A stretch of 64,000 bases of DNA from an uncultured bacterium (GTDB taxonomy: Bacteria; Armatimonadota; Abditibacteriia; Abditibacteriales; Abditibacteriaceae): the NCBI GenBank assembly GCA_963843795.1, contig CAWJLW010000010.1, positions 124,001 to 188,000 on the forward strand. The letters run 5' to 3'. This document shows positions 19,809-29,761 of this stretch, one piece after another. Position 1 is the first letter of the stretch, and every line of letters begins with the position of its first letter. The notes beneath the pieces are model-generated. The model did not search any database, was not told the origin of the DNA, and saw only the letters and a list, made by a program, of their open reading frames with translations. Position numbers and translations under genes: made by a program.

Positions 19809-20411
19809 TCATTTCAGCCAATACCAGGCGCCCGCCGAAGCCAGTCCGGCATAAAGCCAGGCGAAAGGATTGTTCAAGGCGGAAAATAAGGGCAGCGAAA
19901 CGGGCACACCCTGCGAACTCAGGGCGAAAGTGTGCCACAGCACATTAATCGGCAGCAGTGCGCCTAAAACAATGCCAGCGACTGCAATGATCGCCAACAC
20001 GGTGCCGCGCTTTCCCCCTGTTACGCGCGTAACGGCGCGTCCGATGAGCGTGCCCGCGCCCAGCGCATAAAAAATCACGAAGAAACCAATCAGCGGCCAA
20101 CGCGACAACCAACCGCCCAAACTGCCCAATACTAAAGACGTGATGAGCGCCATGCCAATGTGATGGGTCGATAACTGATAAATGTGCTGCGAACGATTGG
20201 AAAGGCACTTCTGACAGCGCGCGCCGGTCGGGCCGATGCGCGTGCATTTGGGGCAAATCGGGGTTTCGCAGCGCCCGCAGCGCAAACGCGTTTGCACGTT
20301 TTTATGGCGCGCGCACCAGTAAACGCCAGGTTCGCCCGCGACTTCTAAATCACGATAATTACGCGCTGTATCATTTAAGTTAACGGGTGCATTATCAACC
20401 GTATTATTCAT
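19809..20411 (-). CDS. B-box-like zinc-finger membrane protein
   Basis: CARH...CGRCETPICPKC...CQKC followed by about four hydrophobic helices, next to the rhomboid gene. Confidence 0.75.
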   Translation of the reverse strand: MNNTVDNAPVNLNDTARNYRDLEVAGEPGVYWCARHKNVQTRLRCGRCETPICPKCTRIGPTGARCQKCLSNRSQHIYQLSTHHIGMALITSLVLGSLGGWLSRWPLIGFFVIFYALGAGTLIGRAVTRVTGGKRGTVLAIIAVAGIVLGALLPINVLWHTFALSSQGVPVSLPLFSALNNPFAWLYAGLASAGAWYWLK

Positions 20412-20677
20412 AATTTTCCCGACGCACCAGCGGGGCGCTGGCAACATCAAATTCTAATTTTTCACCTATCTTATTTCACAATTTCACTCGACCGGACCAC
20501 TTCCTCGCAAGGCAATAAGTGATAATATCCACAACACTACTTACATTTTTTCAAGCATTGCATTTAAGTCCTGCGTTGGTTTTCGGTTTATCCCACGCAA
20601 CTTTCGCAACCTTCGACGATAAAAAATGAGGCCGGGAGTTGCCCGCAAGCCACTACTGGCCGTAAAACGGAGAAATC

Positions 20678-21451
20678 ATGATGATTCCACTCTGGCTGCA
20701 AGCCGCACTCTGGGGATTTCTGGCGGGCTTCGCCTTGGTTGTGGGTGCGCTCATCGCGTGGTTTGTGCGCGTGCCACAACGCATCATCGCGGGCATTATG
20801 GCGTTTGGCAGCGGCGTTTTAATTTCGGCGCTTTCGTTTGAACTTATGGACGAAGCCTTTAAGCGCGGCGGTTTCAATTCCACGGCGATTGGTTTTCTTG
20901 CTGGCTCGGCGGTTTACACCGGCGCCAACTGGCTTTTAGCGCGCGAAGGTGCCAAACACCGCAAGCGTTCGGGCCACGACGAGGACAATCAGCAGCCCAG
21001 CGAACAGGAAGACAGCGGAAGCGGAATGGCTATCGCGCTGGGCGCTTTGCTCGATGGCATTCCCGAATCTATCGTTATTGGTCTGAGTTTGTTGCAGGGC
21101 GGTGCGGTGAGTTTCGTGGCTGTCATCGCAATTTTTCTCTCCAACATTCCCGAAGGTTTATCCAGCGCAGCAGGCATGAAGCGCGCCGGACGCAGCGCGT
21201 TTTACGTGTTCAGTATCTGGACCGGCATCGCTCTCATTTCGGGGATATCGTCCTTAATCGGTTTCACGCTGTTTCACCACTACTCGCCCGATGTCATCGC
21301 GGGCACAACTGCAATCGCAGCGGGCGCGATTTTGTCGATGCTGGTCGATACCATGATTCCCGAAGCCTTCGCCGAAGCCCACGATTTCGCCGGTTTAATC
21401 ACCGTCGCCGGTTTTTTGTGCGCTTTTGCACTCAGTAAATTAGGCGGTTGA
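20678..21451 (+). CDS. ZIP family divalent metal (zinc) transporter
   Basis: AFGSGVLISA, LDGIPES, SNIPEG and DTMIPEAF. GGAG ribosome-binding site upstream. Confidence 0.9.
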   Translation: MMIPLWLQAALWGFLAGFALVVGALIAWFVRVPQRIIAGIMAFGSGVLISALSFELMDEAFKRGGFNSTAIGFLAGSAVYTGANWLLAREGAKHRKRSGHDEDNQQPSEQEDSGSGMAIALGALLDGIPESIVIGLSLLQGGAVSFVAVIAIFLSNIPEGLSSAAGMKRAGRSAFYVFSIWTGIALISGISSLIGFTLFHHYSPDVIAGTTAIAAGAILSMLVDTMIPEAFAEAHDFAGLITVAGFLCAFALSKLGG

Positions 21452-21453
21452 TA

Positions 21454-21499
21454 AACGAAAAACGCGTGCTGCAAGTACTTGCAGCACGCGTTTTTCGTT
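21454..21499. terminator. 46-bp perfect palindrome centred on the core motif; bidirectional terminator
   Basis: aacgaaaaacgcgtgctgcaagtacttgcagcacgcgtttttcgtt fills the gap between convergent stops (21451 and 21506), with T-tracts on both strands. Confidence 0.8.
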
Positions 21500-21505
21500 G
21501 CGCAT

Positions 21506-23008
21506 TTAAGGCTTCAACAGAAAACCATCGACGCCGATGTAATAGCCTTCTGAAAGCGCGTCGTGGCCGACGATCTCCATTTCGATTGGATTAATGCCGG
21601 CTTTTAAATCGACGCGGCCAAACGAAATCGCTTCGCTGCGGCTTACTTTGGCGTTGTAACCGCGCACAATAGGGTCAAGCGCGCGGCCATTGATTTTCAA
21701 GCGTATATCGCCGTAATCTTTGGCGCGCGTGAAATAACCGACGAGTTCATACGAACCGGCTTTTTCGACGTTGATTGGAACAATGACGCGCTGTCCGACG
21801 GCTGTAGCTTTCCACCACAACTGTTCCAAGCCACTCCAATCGCCTTCGAAACTGCTCATATCTTGCGCTTCAACCGGAGCCAGCGGCAGCGCTTGTCCGG
21901 TTTCGGCCAGCGCGGGCTGCGCTTTGAGCGCCTCGCCTTCGATAAGGCCCGCAGTGCGCGGCACCGGCGGCGCTTCTATTGGCAGCAAATTCGTGGGCAA
22001 AACGGGAAATGGCGCGTGCGGATGGGTTTGATACCAGAACGCGACCGAACTGTAATCGGTGCGAGGTGAATCGTTAGTTGCGCCGTGTTCGATGGTAAAA
22101 TTCAGCGATTTTTGAAACGGAATCGGATCTTCGATATGCCAGCGATAAGTACTGATGCGCGAGCGCTGATCGTCTTTAATAGTCAGGCCATGATAAGGCG
22201 CGCTGTAAGGGCCGCTGTTGTAATACCAGCCGCTGCTGAAATAATCTTCGGTTCCGGTTCCAATAATGGAAGGCCGCGTTTCGCCGTCAACAAAAACGCG
22301 CTCGTCGCCTTCCAAAAAGCCCAGCGTGCGACCGCGCAAACTTTGCATCGAAAGCAGCGTGCCCACATAATGACCGCGTCCGGTGGCTTGTAAAAGCGTT
22401 ACCGGCTGACCGGCCGTGGGCTGCGTTCGCCGAAACTGCGCATGGAAATAAAGCAGCGGCGTGGGCGGTTTCGCGGTTTCGATGTCCAGATTGTAATAAA
22501 GCGCATCGACGCGGCGCTTGGAGCGATTTTCAACCGTGATGCGCGCATGACGACGGAACGGCATCGGCCAATAACAATTGTAGCCGCCGCTCGTCATGTT
22601 CAACGGCAGCGAAATGAACTGATGATATTCACCAAAACCGACGCCGAAAAAATCGCCGATGGGAACTTCGACTGAAGGCGTAGTTTCATCGTCCCAGTAA
22701 CAGCGCACGATTAATTCTCGCTGAAGCTCGGGATTGTTGAAGGGAGCAATCGTGACCCACCAGCGCTTCACGGTGCCCGCACCTTTGTAATCGAGCAGCG
22801 TCAGCGTTTCACCGGCTGCCATCGGGCGGAAATCGGCGTTCCCGCCGCTGCGGTCGTAGCTGGAACTGTGGACAACGTGGCCCGAACGAGGGCGCGTCAA
22901 ACCGTCTAATGTGCCCATTACCGGCTGCGCGTGTGATGCTGTCGAAAATATCGTTCCGCCTGCCAAATTGCACAAGACGAAAATGTTGCCCGCCAACTTA
23001 TTTTTCAT
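21506..23008 (-). CDS. DUF2961 / GH172-like glycoside hydrolase with C-terminal CBM-like domain, secreted
   Basis: SSYDRSGGNAD, PSVEVPIGDFFG, NCYWPMPF, EGDE, GTGTEDYF, YRWHIEDPIPF and SSVAFWYQ. Confidence 0.88.
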   Translation of the reverse strand: MKNKLAGNIFVLCNLAGGTIFSTASHAQPVMGTLDGLTRPRSGHVVHSSSYDRSGGNADFRPMAAGETLTLLDYKGAGTVKRWWVTIAPFNNPELQRELIVRCYWDDETTPSVEVPIGDFFGVGFGEYHQFISLPLNMTSGGYNCYWPMPFRRHARITVENRSKRRVDALYYNLDIETAKPPTPLLYFHAQFRRTQPTAGQPVTLLQATGRGHYVGTLLSMQSLRGRTLGFLEGDERVFVDGETRPSIIGTGTEDYFSSGWYYNSGPYSAPYHGLTIKDDQRSRISTYRWHIEDPIPFQKSLNFTIEHGATNDSPRTDYSSVAFWYQTHPHAPFPVLPTNLLPIEAPPVPRTAGLIEGEALKAQPALAETGQALPLAPVEAQDMSSFEGDWSGLEQLWWKATAVGQRVIVPINVEKAGSYELVGYFTRAKDYGDIRLKINGRALDPIVRGYNAKVSRSEAISFGRVDLKAGINPIEMEIVGHDALSEGYYIGVDGFLLKP

Positions 23009-23033
23009 TAATTGTTTCTCCTTCTTTAATGGA

Positions 23034-23063
23034 AAGCGCCCTGCAAGTACTTGCAGGGCGCTT
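23034..23063. terminator. 30-bp perfect palindrome centred on the core motif, downstream of acs
   Basis: aagcgccctgcaagtacttgcagggcgctt. Confidence 0.55.
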
Positions 23064-23084
23064 AATTGCTGTGGCTTTTAATGC

Positions 23085-25052
23085 TCAATCTTCCAGCGTG
23101 GAAATATCACCTGGTGCGACGCCAAGTTCTTTGGCTTTCAAAACGCGGCGCATGATTTTTCCGCTACGCGTTTTGGGCAAGCTCGGCACGACTTCGATTT
23201 CAGCTGGAATCGCAATCGGGCTAAGTTCTTCGCGCACATGTTGTTTCAGCGCCTTTATCAATTCTTCGCTGCTTTCGACGCCAGCGCGCAGAATAACGAA
23301 CGCTTTGATATTTTCGCCCTTGACGGGATCGGGGCGACCGATAACCGCAGCTTCAGCGACAGAAGCGTGCGAGACCAACGCCGATTCAACTTCTGCGGTG
23401 CCGATGCGATAGCCGCTCACGTTCATCACATCATCGGCGCGTCCCATAACACGAATGTAACCGTCTTCGTCGCGCGTGGCGACATCACCCGCCGCGTAAA
23501 AACCGGGAATCAAATCCCAGTATTTGGCGTAGCGTTCTTCGTCTTTATAAATCGTGCGCATCATGGCCGGCCACTGATTTTTAATCACCAGAAAACCGCC
23601 TTTCCCATCGGGCACTTCGTTACCGTCTTTATCGACAATTGCTGCGATAATTCCCGGTAGCGGCTTGCCCGGTGAACCCGGCTTGGCCGGATAATTCGGC
23701 ACGGTCGCTATCATAAATTCGCCAGTTTCGGTTTGCCACCACGTATCAACAATCGGCGTTTGATCGTGCCCGACGTGCTTGTGAAACCACAGCCACGCTT
23801 CAGGGTTAATCGGCTCGCCGACCGTTCCCAGCACCTTCAACGAACTCAAATCATATTTGGCAGGAAACTCTTCGCCGAAACGCATCAGGGCGCGAATCGC
23901 AGTTGGTGTCGAATAAAAAATTGTCACTTTATATTTCTCGATCACGCTCCACCAACGTCCCGCGTCGGGATAATCCAGCGCGCCTTCGCACAACAAAACG
24001 CTGCAACCATTAATTAGCGGGCCATAAACGACGTAGGAATGTCCGGTAATCCAGCCCGGATCGGCGCTGCACCAATACAAATCGCTTTCGGGATGCAAAT
24101 CGAAGCACAATTTGTGCGTATAACTGGTGCCGACCGCGTAGCCGCCGTGAACGTGGACAACGCCTTTGGGTTTGCCAGTTGTGCCCGACGTGTAAAGGAA
24201 AAACAAGGGCGCTTCGCTGTCCAAAATTTTGGCCTGATGCTGGTCGGAATGACCTGCAAGTACTTGCGTCCAATCTTGATCGCGCGCTTTGAGTTCGGTG
24301 TTTTCGTCGCGACGATAAACCAGTACGGTTTTGACTAAATCTAAACCATCAATCGCTTCATCGACGACGCCCTTGAGATCGATGCGCTTGCCGCGCCGCC
24401 ATCCCAGATCGCTACAAATCACAATTTCCGAACTGGAATCTTCGATGCGAGAGCGCAAGGCGGGCGCGGAAAAACCGCCGTAAACCACGCAGTGAATCGC
24501 GCCGATACGCGCGCACGCCAGCATCGCAATTGGTAGTTCCGGCGTCAAGGCCATATAAAGCGTCACGCGGTCGCCCGCTTTCACGCCCAATCCTTGAAGC
24601 GCGTTGGCGCAGCGCATGACTTCGGCAAGTACTTGCGAATACGTCATCCGACGTTCCGGCATCGCTTCGCCTTCGCCCGCTTCGCCGACCCAGAGAAAAC
24701 ATAAGCGGTCGCCCAACCCGTTGTTCACATGACGATCCAAAGCATTGAGCGTGATGTTGCATTGCGCATCCACAAACCATTTCGCACTCGGCGCGCCGCC
24801 GTTTTCGGGCGGTGTCCAATCGAGCACTTTGCTCCACGGCGCGCTCCATTCCAACTGCTGCGCTTGTTCTTCCCAGAAGGCGGGCGCGTCCTCTATCGAG
24901 CGCTGATAAAGCGCATCGTAATCAGGCGTTAATGAACGCTGTTTCGTAGCTTCGTTGGGTGTAAAAATTTCAGCTTGAGCGGAGAGTGAGGACAAATCGG
25001 CAGAAGTATGAGCTGATGTTGTTTCAGTTTGCGGCAAGGTGGAATCGGGCAT
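23085..25052 (-). CDS. acs: Acetyl-CoA synthetase (acetate--CoA ligase)
   Basis: LYTSGTTGKPKGV, ADPGWITGHSY, GEPINPEAW, DTWWQTETG and LPKTRSGKIMRR. AGGAG site before ATG 25052. Confidence 0.95.
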   Translation of the reverse strand: MPDSTLPQTETTSAHTSADLSSLSAQAEIFTPNEATKQRSLTPDYDALYQRSIEDAPAFWEEQAQQLEWSAPWSKVLDWTPPENGGAPSAKWFVDAQCNITLNALDRHVNNGLGDRLCFLWVGEAGEGEAMPERRMTYSQVLAEVMRCANALQGLGVKAGDRVTLYMALTPELPIAMLACARIGAIHCVVYGGFSAPALRSRIEDSSSEIVICSDLGWRRGKRIDLKGVVDEAIDGLDLVKTVLVYRRDENTELKARDQDWTQVLAGHSDQHQAKILDSEAPLFFLYTSGTTGKPKGVVHVHGGYAVGTSYTHKLCFDLHPESDLYWCSADPGWITGHSYVVYGPLINGCSVLLCEGALDYPDAGRWWSVIEKYKVTIFYSTPTAIRALMRFGEEFPAKYDLSSLKVLGTVGEPINPEAWLWFHKHVGHDQTPIVDTWWQTETGEFMIATVPNYPAKPGSPGKPLPGIIAAIVDKDGNEVPDGKGGFLVIKNQWPAMMRTIYKDEERYAKYWDLIPGFYAAGDVATRDEDGYIRVMGRADDVMNVSGYRIGTAEVESALVSHASVAEAAVIGRPDPVKGENIKAFVILRAGVESSEELIKALKQHVREELSPIAIPAEIEVVPSLPKTRSGKIMRRVLKAKELGVAPGDISTLED

Positions 25053-25188
25053 TATCACGGCTCCTTGAAAGGAAATTGATTGGCTTGGGTTCGCGCAGTT
25101 TAGCAAAACTTGCACTGGGCTTATAACAGAAAATACGCCGCTAAGAAGGTTGCAAACGCGTTTTCAGGGCGCTCAGCGGCTCGGTTGC

Positions 25189-25194
25189 ATTATA
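25189..25194 (-). promoter_or_regulatory. Possible sigma70 -10 box (TATAAT) upstream of acs
   Basis: Exact TATAAT on the minus strand in the divergent intergenic region. No clear -35. Confidence 0.3.
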
Positions 25195-25337
25195 AAGCAA
25201 GACACGCCCGCATCAGAAAAATAAAATGGCTACAGTGATTTGTGGTCCCAACGGCAATGCATTTCGCTGCCCTGCTGAGCCAAAATTATCGCCAAAAATT
25301 CTCATAGAATTTTCATATTCAGCACCCAAAATCTCGC

Positions 25338-25343
25338 TATAAT
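25338..25343 (+). promoter_or_regulatory. Possible sigma70 -10 box (TATAAT) upstream of the FG-GAP protein gene
   Basis: Exact TATAAT in an AT-rich stretch about 65 nt before the likely start. No clear -35. Confidence 0.3.
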
Positions 25344-25408
25344 GGAAATATTGTCAAAATGGTCAAATTTTTAATAACAAGGTGACTTCGGTGAAAGTTA
25401 AGATTGGC

Positions 25409-28400
25409 ATGTCGGCAAGCAAAACGTGGCTTCTTTTGATCTTGTTGGCTGCGGCTCATATTGTGATACCGTCAACAGCTCAGGCCCGTCCAGAGAGTAT
25501 CGTTATCGACTCGCCGCGTGATGGAGTAATTGTAGCAACTCGCAGTTTGAGTACACCGCAAGGCAGTGTCCATTCGCCCAGTGGCGTGTATAGTATCGAA
25601 TTGGTACTGCAACGTGCACAGAAACAAGATTGGCTTTGTTGGGACGGGCACGAGTGGAATATCCAAAATAGCACAGTAAACGCTGATTACGACGATGCAT
25701 CTCACCGCTGGAGATGGGCACACAACGTCGAACTGCCCATTGGGGCTGCTTTGCCCGATGGAGCTTATCGTCTGCAAGCTGTGGCTTTATCAAGTAACGG
25801 CAGTATATTGGCGCGCACACAAAATCGCTTTTGGGTGCAGCATACCGCACAGGATTTAAGTTCGGGCAGCGGAGCTACTATTGACTTAGCTCGCGGTGGC
25901 GGTGGTTTCCTCACTACGGGTGATTTGAATGCTGACGGGCGTCCCGACATTGTTACGATTAACCGTGAAGGTGGAAGTACTTCGCCCGCATCGCTAGCGG
26001 TGTTATTGGGCAATGGTGATGGAACTTTCGGTGCGCCGATTTTGACTTCGGTGAGCCAGGGAGCTTTGGAACCGGCTGTAGGCGATTTCAACAATGACGG
26101 CAAAATGGATGTCGTGACTGCTAATAATGATGCCTACAATCCTAATGGCGGGCTGGACATTTTATTAGGCAATGGTGACGGGGCATTCAGTTCTCAGACC
26201 AATCTTTACATTAGCGGTTATCTCAGTGGCGCAGCCACTGGGGATTTTAATGGCGATGGCAATACAGACATCGTGGCTGGAGCGCACGGTGGCGCCGTGG
26301 TCACGTTGCTGGGGCGCGGCGATGGCACTTTCAACGAAGCTCAATATCTCGCTGATTCAGTTTCGGCGCGCTCGGTCGCAGTGGCCGATTTAGATGGCGA
26401 TGGACGCTTGGATATCGCTTCATGCTCTAACATCAGTGACAACATTTCGACTTACCACGGCAATGGTGATGGCACCTTCATTTTAGCACAGCGCTTCAGT
26501 GAGGAAGGGTCTTATAGCATCACTATCAATGATTTCAACGGTGATGGACGGCCCGATTTAGCTGCTGCGCGTACAGTCAGCCCAACGCTGGTTATGCTGC
26601 TTAACTCTGGGAATGGTGTTTTTAGCGCTCCGGTAGAAATCAATAGCGATGGCAGCAACTATCTGGCTTCCGCAGACTTTAATCGCGATGGTAAAGCAGA
26701 TGTCGCGCAGGGAGTAAGCACAGGAGCCTCCAGCACCATTCATTTCGGTTCCTCGCAAGGCGTTACGGCCACGGCAATTGACCAAGAGGGGCCACCAACG
26801 GGTCCAATTGCGACTGCCGATTTCAATGGCGATGGTTTGCCCGATCTGGTTTCGTCGGACGCCACACTTTTACGTGTATGGATCAATGGCGGTTTACCTA
26901 CGACTTTCGGCGATATTACAGGTCGCATTGTTAACCCCGACGGTTCGCCACGTTCGGGTGTGCGCGTGAATCTGGTGGCGGGCGAATACATCGACCGGCT
27001 TTTATTTCCGCGAGGGCTGCCTTCCATTCCTGCAACTTCTACAGGTGCCGATGGTTCGTATTCGTTTACCAATCTCAGTCCTGGCAAATACGTTATTGTG
27101 CCAGCTATTCCCGGCGTGGCTTTCCAGCCTACTGGAACTGTGATCGAGCTCCCGCTTACAAATCCGATTGCCACCTACAATTTCCAAGCAGCTTTAGCGG
27201 ATAACGTCGCGCCAGAAATCGGAATCCGCACACCTGATGACCTACCCTTCAGTAACGTTCTAGCATTACCCTCGCCTGCGGGAACGGTGCGTGATCTCGC
27301 CTCAAACGGCACACGGGCTTCCGGTGTTTTAAGTGTTGCTTATACCGTTTATCGCTTGCGCTCGGATGCAGCAAGTTTGCGACTGGCGCCCGTAAAACGT
27401 GGCGTCGAAGCTGTACTGTCAACTCGTGCCAGCGGCTTTGTCAGTGCCACAAGTACTTTGGGCGTCCAATTGGACAATGTTTTCTTCGCGCCAGTTAATG
27501 GCCAGACATGGGCAGCCACACCCGAAGCATGGGCACGCGTAAAAGCGGCTCTGGCGCGCGATGTTCAAGCCCGTGGCCAAAGCGGCGCTTACCGACTCGT
27601 GGTCACGGCTATTGACAACAGCTTTAATCGCTCTGAAGTTTCATCTTACTTCTCAGTGGGCAATGACAAACTTCAGGCTCCGGCACATTTAGGCGTTTTG
27701 CGCACTTTGCCGATTAGCGCCGTTAACGGCAGCGTCATTCCTTATACAGTTGCCGTGACCAACACGGGCGATACTCCACTGCTCAACGTGCGCGTATCTC
27801 AGAACGTCAATACGGACAAAACCGTGCTCGATGTGGCTTCAATTACTCCGAGAGCTTCGCAGATCAACGCTTATGGCGTTGTTTGGAACGTAGGAACTCT
27901 TGCGCCACATGCAACACGCTTTTTACAGTTGAAAGTAACCGCCAAAGACAATAACCCTCTCGGCTCTAACATTTCTGCCGGAACGCTGAGTGTGAGCAGC
28001 AGTGCGGGGTCACATAGCTTTGCACGCGATACGATTAACGTGGAATCGAGCATCGCTCCGGTTAACTTGGTGCGCTCAATTGGCGATGCAATTGGCAACG
28101 CTTTCAATTACGCGTTCAACGCCAGCCTACGTGACCAGCGCGCAAAAGCCAACTTGAATACCGTGCGGTCAAATTCAGCCATCACACGAATTTCTGCTCT
28201 CGATGCTGTGCAACTCAATAACAGTGGCGTTCTCATTATACCGATCGGAGGTGGTCAAGTAATCACAGCAGGCGGTGCCAATGTGATTACTTCAGGTGGT
28301 GCCAACGTGATTACTTCAGGTGGTGGCAATGTCATCACAGCCGGTGGCGCTAATGTAATTACGGCAGGCGGGGGCAATGTGCAGACGATTTTGGCCACAT

Positions 28401-28822
28401 TGATTTCCGATCCAGCGCGTGTGCTAACAGCTGGCGGGGGCAACGTCATTACGGCGGGCGGTGCCAACGTCATTACCGCCGGTGGTGGCAACCTAATTTC
28501 GAACGGATTGGCGAGTGTCGTCACGGCGGGCGGTGCTAACCTGATCGACAATGTGACGGGACAAATCTCTAACACAGCGTTGCGTTCCTTGCCCAACGGT
28601 GCGGGTGTCATCACATCCGGTGGCGCCAACGTAATTACCAGCGGCGGCGCTAACGCCATTTCCCTCAACGGTGCGGGTGTCATCACAGCTGGTGGGGGAT
28701 GTTATACAGCTGGTGGGGGCAATGTTATTACAGCTGGTGGGGGCAATGTTATTACAGCCGGTGGGGGCAATGTTATTACAGCCGGTGGAGGTAATGTTAT
28801 TACAGCTGGTGGCGGCAACTGA
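25409..28822 (+). CDS. Large secreted protein: Ig-like + FG-GAP/VCBS propeller + carboxypeptidase-regulatory-like + Ig-like + DUF11-like + C-terminal octapeptide repeats
   Basis: Signal peptide MSASKTWLLLILLAAAHIVIPSTAQA, seven GDFNGDG..D-type repeats, TGADGSYSFTNLSPGKY, YTVAVTNTG...WNVGTLAP and a VITAGGGN tail. Confidence 0.85.
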   Translation: MSASKTWLLLILLAAAHIVIPSTAQARPESIVIDSPRDGVIVATRSLSTPQGSVHSPSGVYSIELVLQRAQKQDWLCWDGHEWNIQNSTVNADYDDASHRWRWAHNVELPIGAALPDGAYRLQAVALSSNGSILARTQNRFWVQHTAQDLSSGSGATIDLARGGGGFLTTGDLNADGRPDIVTINREGGSTSPASLAVLLGNGDGTFGAPILTSVSQGALEPAVGDFNNDGKMDVVTANNDAYNPNGGLDILLGNGDGAFSSQTNLYISGYLSGAATGDFNGDGNTDIVAGAHGGAVVTLLGRGDGTFNEAQYLADSVSARSVAVADLDGDGRLDIASCSNISDNISTYHGNGDGTFILAQRFSEEGSYSITINDFNGDGRPDLAAARTVSPTLVMLLNSGNGVFSAPVEINSDGSNYLASADFNRDGKADVAQGVSTGASSTIHFGSSQGVTATAIDQEGPPTGPIATADFNGDGLPDLVSSDATLLRVWINGGLPTTFGDITGRIVNPDGSPRSGVRVNLVAGEYIDRLLFPRGLPSIPATSTGADGSYSFTNLSPGKYVIVPAIPGVAFQPTGTVIELPLTNPIATYNFQAALADNVAPEIGIRTPDDLPFSNVLALPSPAGTVRDLASNGTRASGVLSVAYTVYRLRSDAASLRLAPVKRGVEAVLSTRASGFVSATSTLGVQLDNVFFAPVNGQTWAATPEAWARVKAALARDVQARGQSGAYRLVVTAIDNSFNRSEVSSYFSVGNDKLQAPAHLGVLRTLPISAVNGSVIPYTVAVTNTGDTPLLNVRVSQNVNTDKTVLDVASITPRASQINAYGVVWNVGTLAPHATRFLQLKVTAKDNNPLGSNISAGTLSVSSSAGSHSFARDTINVESSIAPVNLVRSIGDAIGNAFNYAFNASLRDQRAKANLNTVRSNSAITRISALDAVQLNNSGVLIIPIGGGQVITAGGANVITSGGANVITSGGGNVITAGGANVITAGGGNVQTILATLISDPARVLTAGGGNVITAGGANVITAGGGNLISNGLASVVTAGGANLIDNVTGQISNTALRSLPNGAGVITSGGANVITSGGANAISLNGAGVITAGGGCYTAGGGNVITAGGGNVITAGGGNVITAGGGNVITAGGGN
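28259..28819 (+). repeat. 24-nt / 8-aa coding tandem repeats, VIT(A/S)GG(G/A)N, about 17 copies
   Basis: Read directly from the translation. The last four copies are nearly identical at the DNA level and end exactly at the stop codon. Confidence 0.92.
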
Positions 28823-28889
28823 ATTGAAATTAACAACTGCCATGTAGATGGCAATAAGCGTATCAATACGCCAAATTAACATCGACAGG

Positions 28890-29519
28890 ATGAAAATGCT
28901 TAAATTTAATGGACGCAACTTTCGAACGAGTGCTTTGCTTTTAGTGGTTGGTAGTGCATTCATGACGATTCAGCCACGTTACGAAGCGTGGCCTTTGTGG
29001 GGCACTTCAGTTTATGCCGCACCAACCAAACGCTCACCCGGCAAGAAAGTTGTCAAAACGGAAAAAGGCAAACCGAAAACAAATAAAAGCAAACCTCAGC
29101 TACCACCTGCAGCGAAAATGCCGGTACAGTTTTTCTCCACCTACGCTTATAGCGTTTATGTCATCGTTTACAAAGGCGAAGTCACCAATACGCGAGGCGT
29201 TGGCGGCACATTGAGCTTGGGACCGGATGGCAGTTACCAAAAGCGTTTGGAAATCGCTGGGCCTTACGGTAATTATCATTTCGACGAGACTGGACACTAT
29301 CGGCTCGACGGAAAAAAAATCACCTTCGAATACACCAATAGCAAAGGCGAAAAGGCTTCCTACAACGGCACTTACAATTTCAATTTGAAAGCCCTCAGTC
29401 TGACGCTCATTTTGAATCAGGAACCAACTGGAGATCGTGAAGTGTTCGGTTTGTTTATTAAAGGCAGCGAAAATCTCAAACGCCATTTCGATGAAAGCGG
29501 CAACGTCGTCTTTCAATGA
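28890..29519 (+). CDS. Hypothetical exported protein (beta-rich, Lys/Pro-rich linker)
   Basis: ORF of about 210 aa directly after the FG-GAP gene, with a hydrophobic N-terminal segment and a downstream terminator. Start uncertain (28848, 28890 or 28896). Confidence 0.7.
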   Translation: MKMLKFNGRNFRTSALLLVVGSAFMTIQPRYEAWPLWGTSVYAAPTKRSPGKKVVKTEKGKPKTNKSKPQLPPAAKMPVQFFSTYAYSVYVIVYKGEVTNTRGVGGTLSLGPDGSYQKRLEIAGPYGNYHFDETGHYRLDGKKITFEYTNSKGEKASYNGTYNFNLKALSLTLILNQEPTGDREVFGLFIKGSENLKRHFDESGNVVFQ

Positions 29520-29570
29520 CACACTGGTAACCCCTTGGGGTCGAATCCTGAAGAGACAACGAACAAGTCG

Positions 29571-29606
29571 AAAAAGCGCCCGGCAAGTACTTGCCGGGCG
29601 CTTTTT
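29571..29606. terminator. 36-bp perfect palindrome centred on the core motif; intrinsic terminator
   Basis: aaaaagcgcccggcaagtacttgccgggcgcttttt: GC-rich stem plus T5, after a plus-strand stop. Confidence 0.78.
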
Positions 29607-29761
29607 GGCTTTAGGAAAAATTGTGTGCGCAGTAAGTTTATATGCGCTGTTATGGTAGATATGGTTTTCGTACGTTGTCACATCTTTATCGCTACTGTTT
29701 ACTCTGCGGCGTTGAACGTGAACTGAATTGAATTAAAAATAAAGTTGAACGGAGGCAGACT

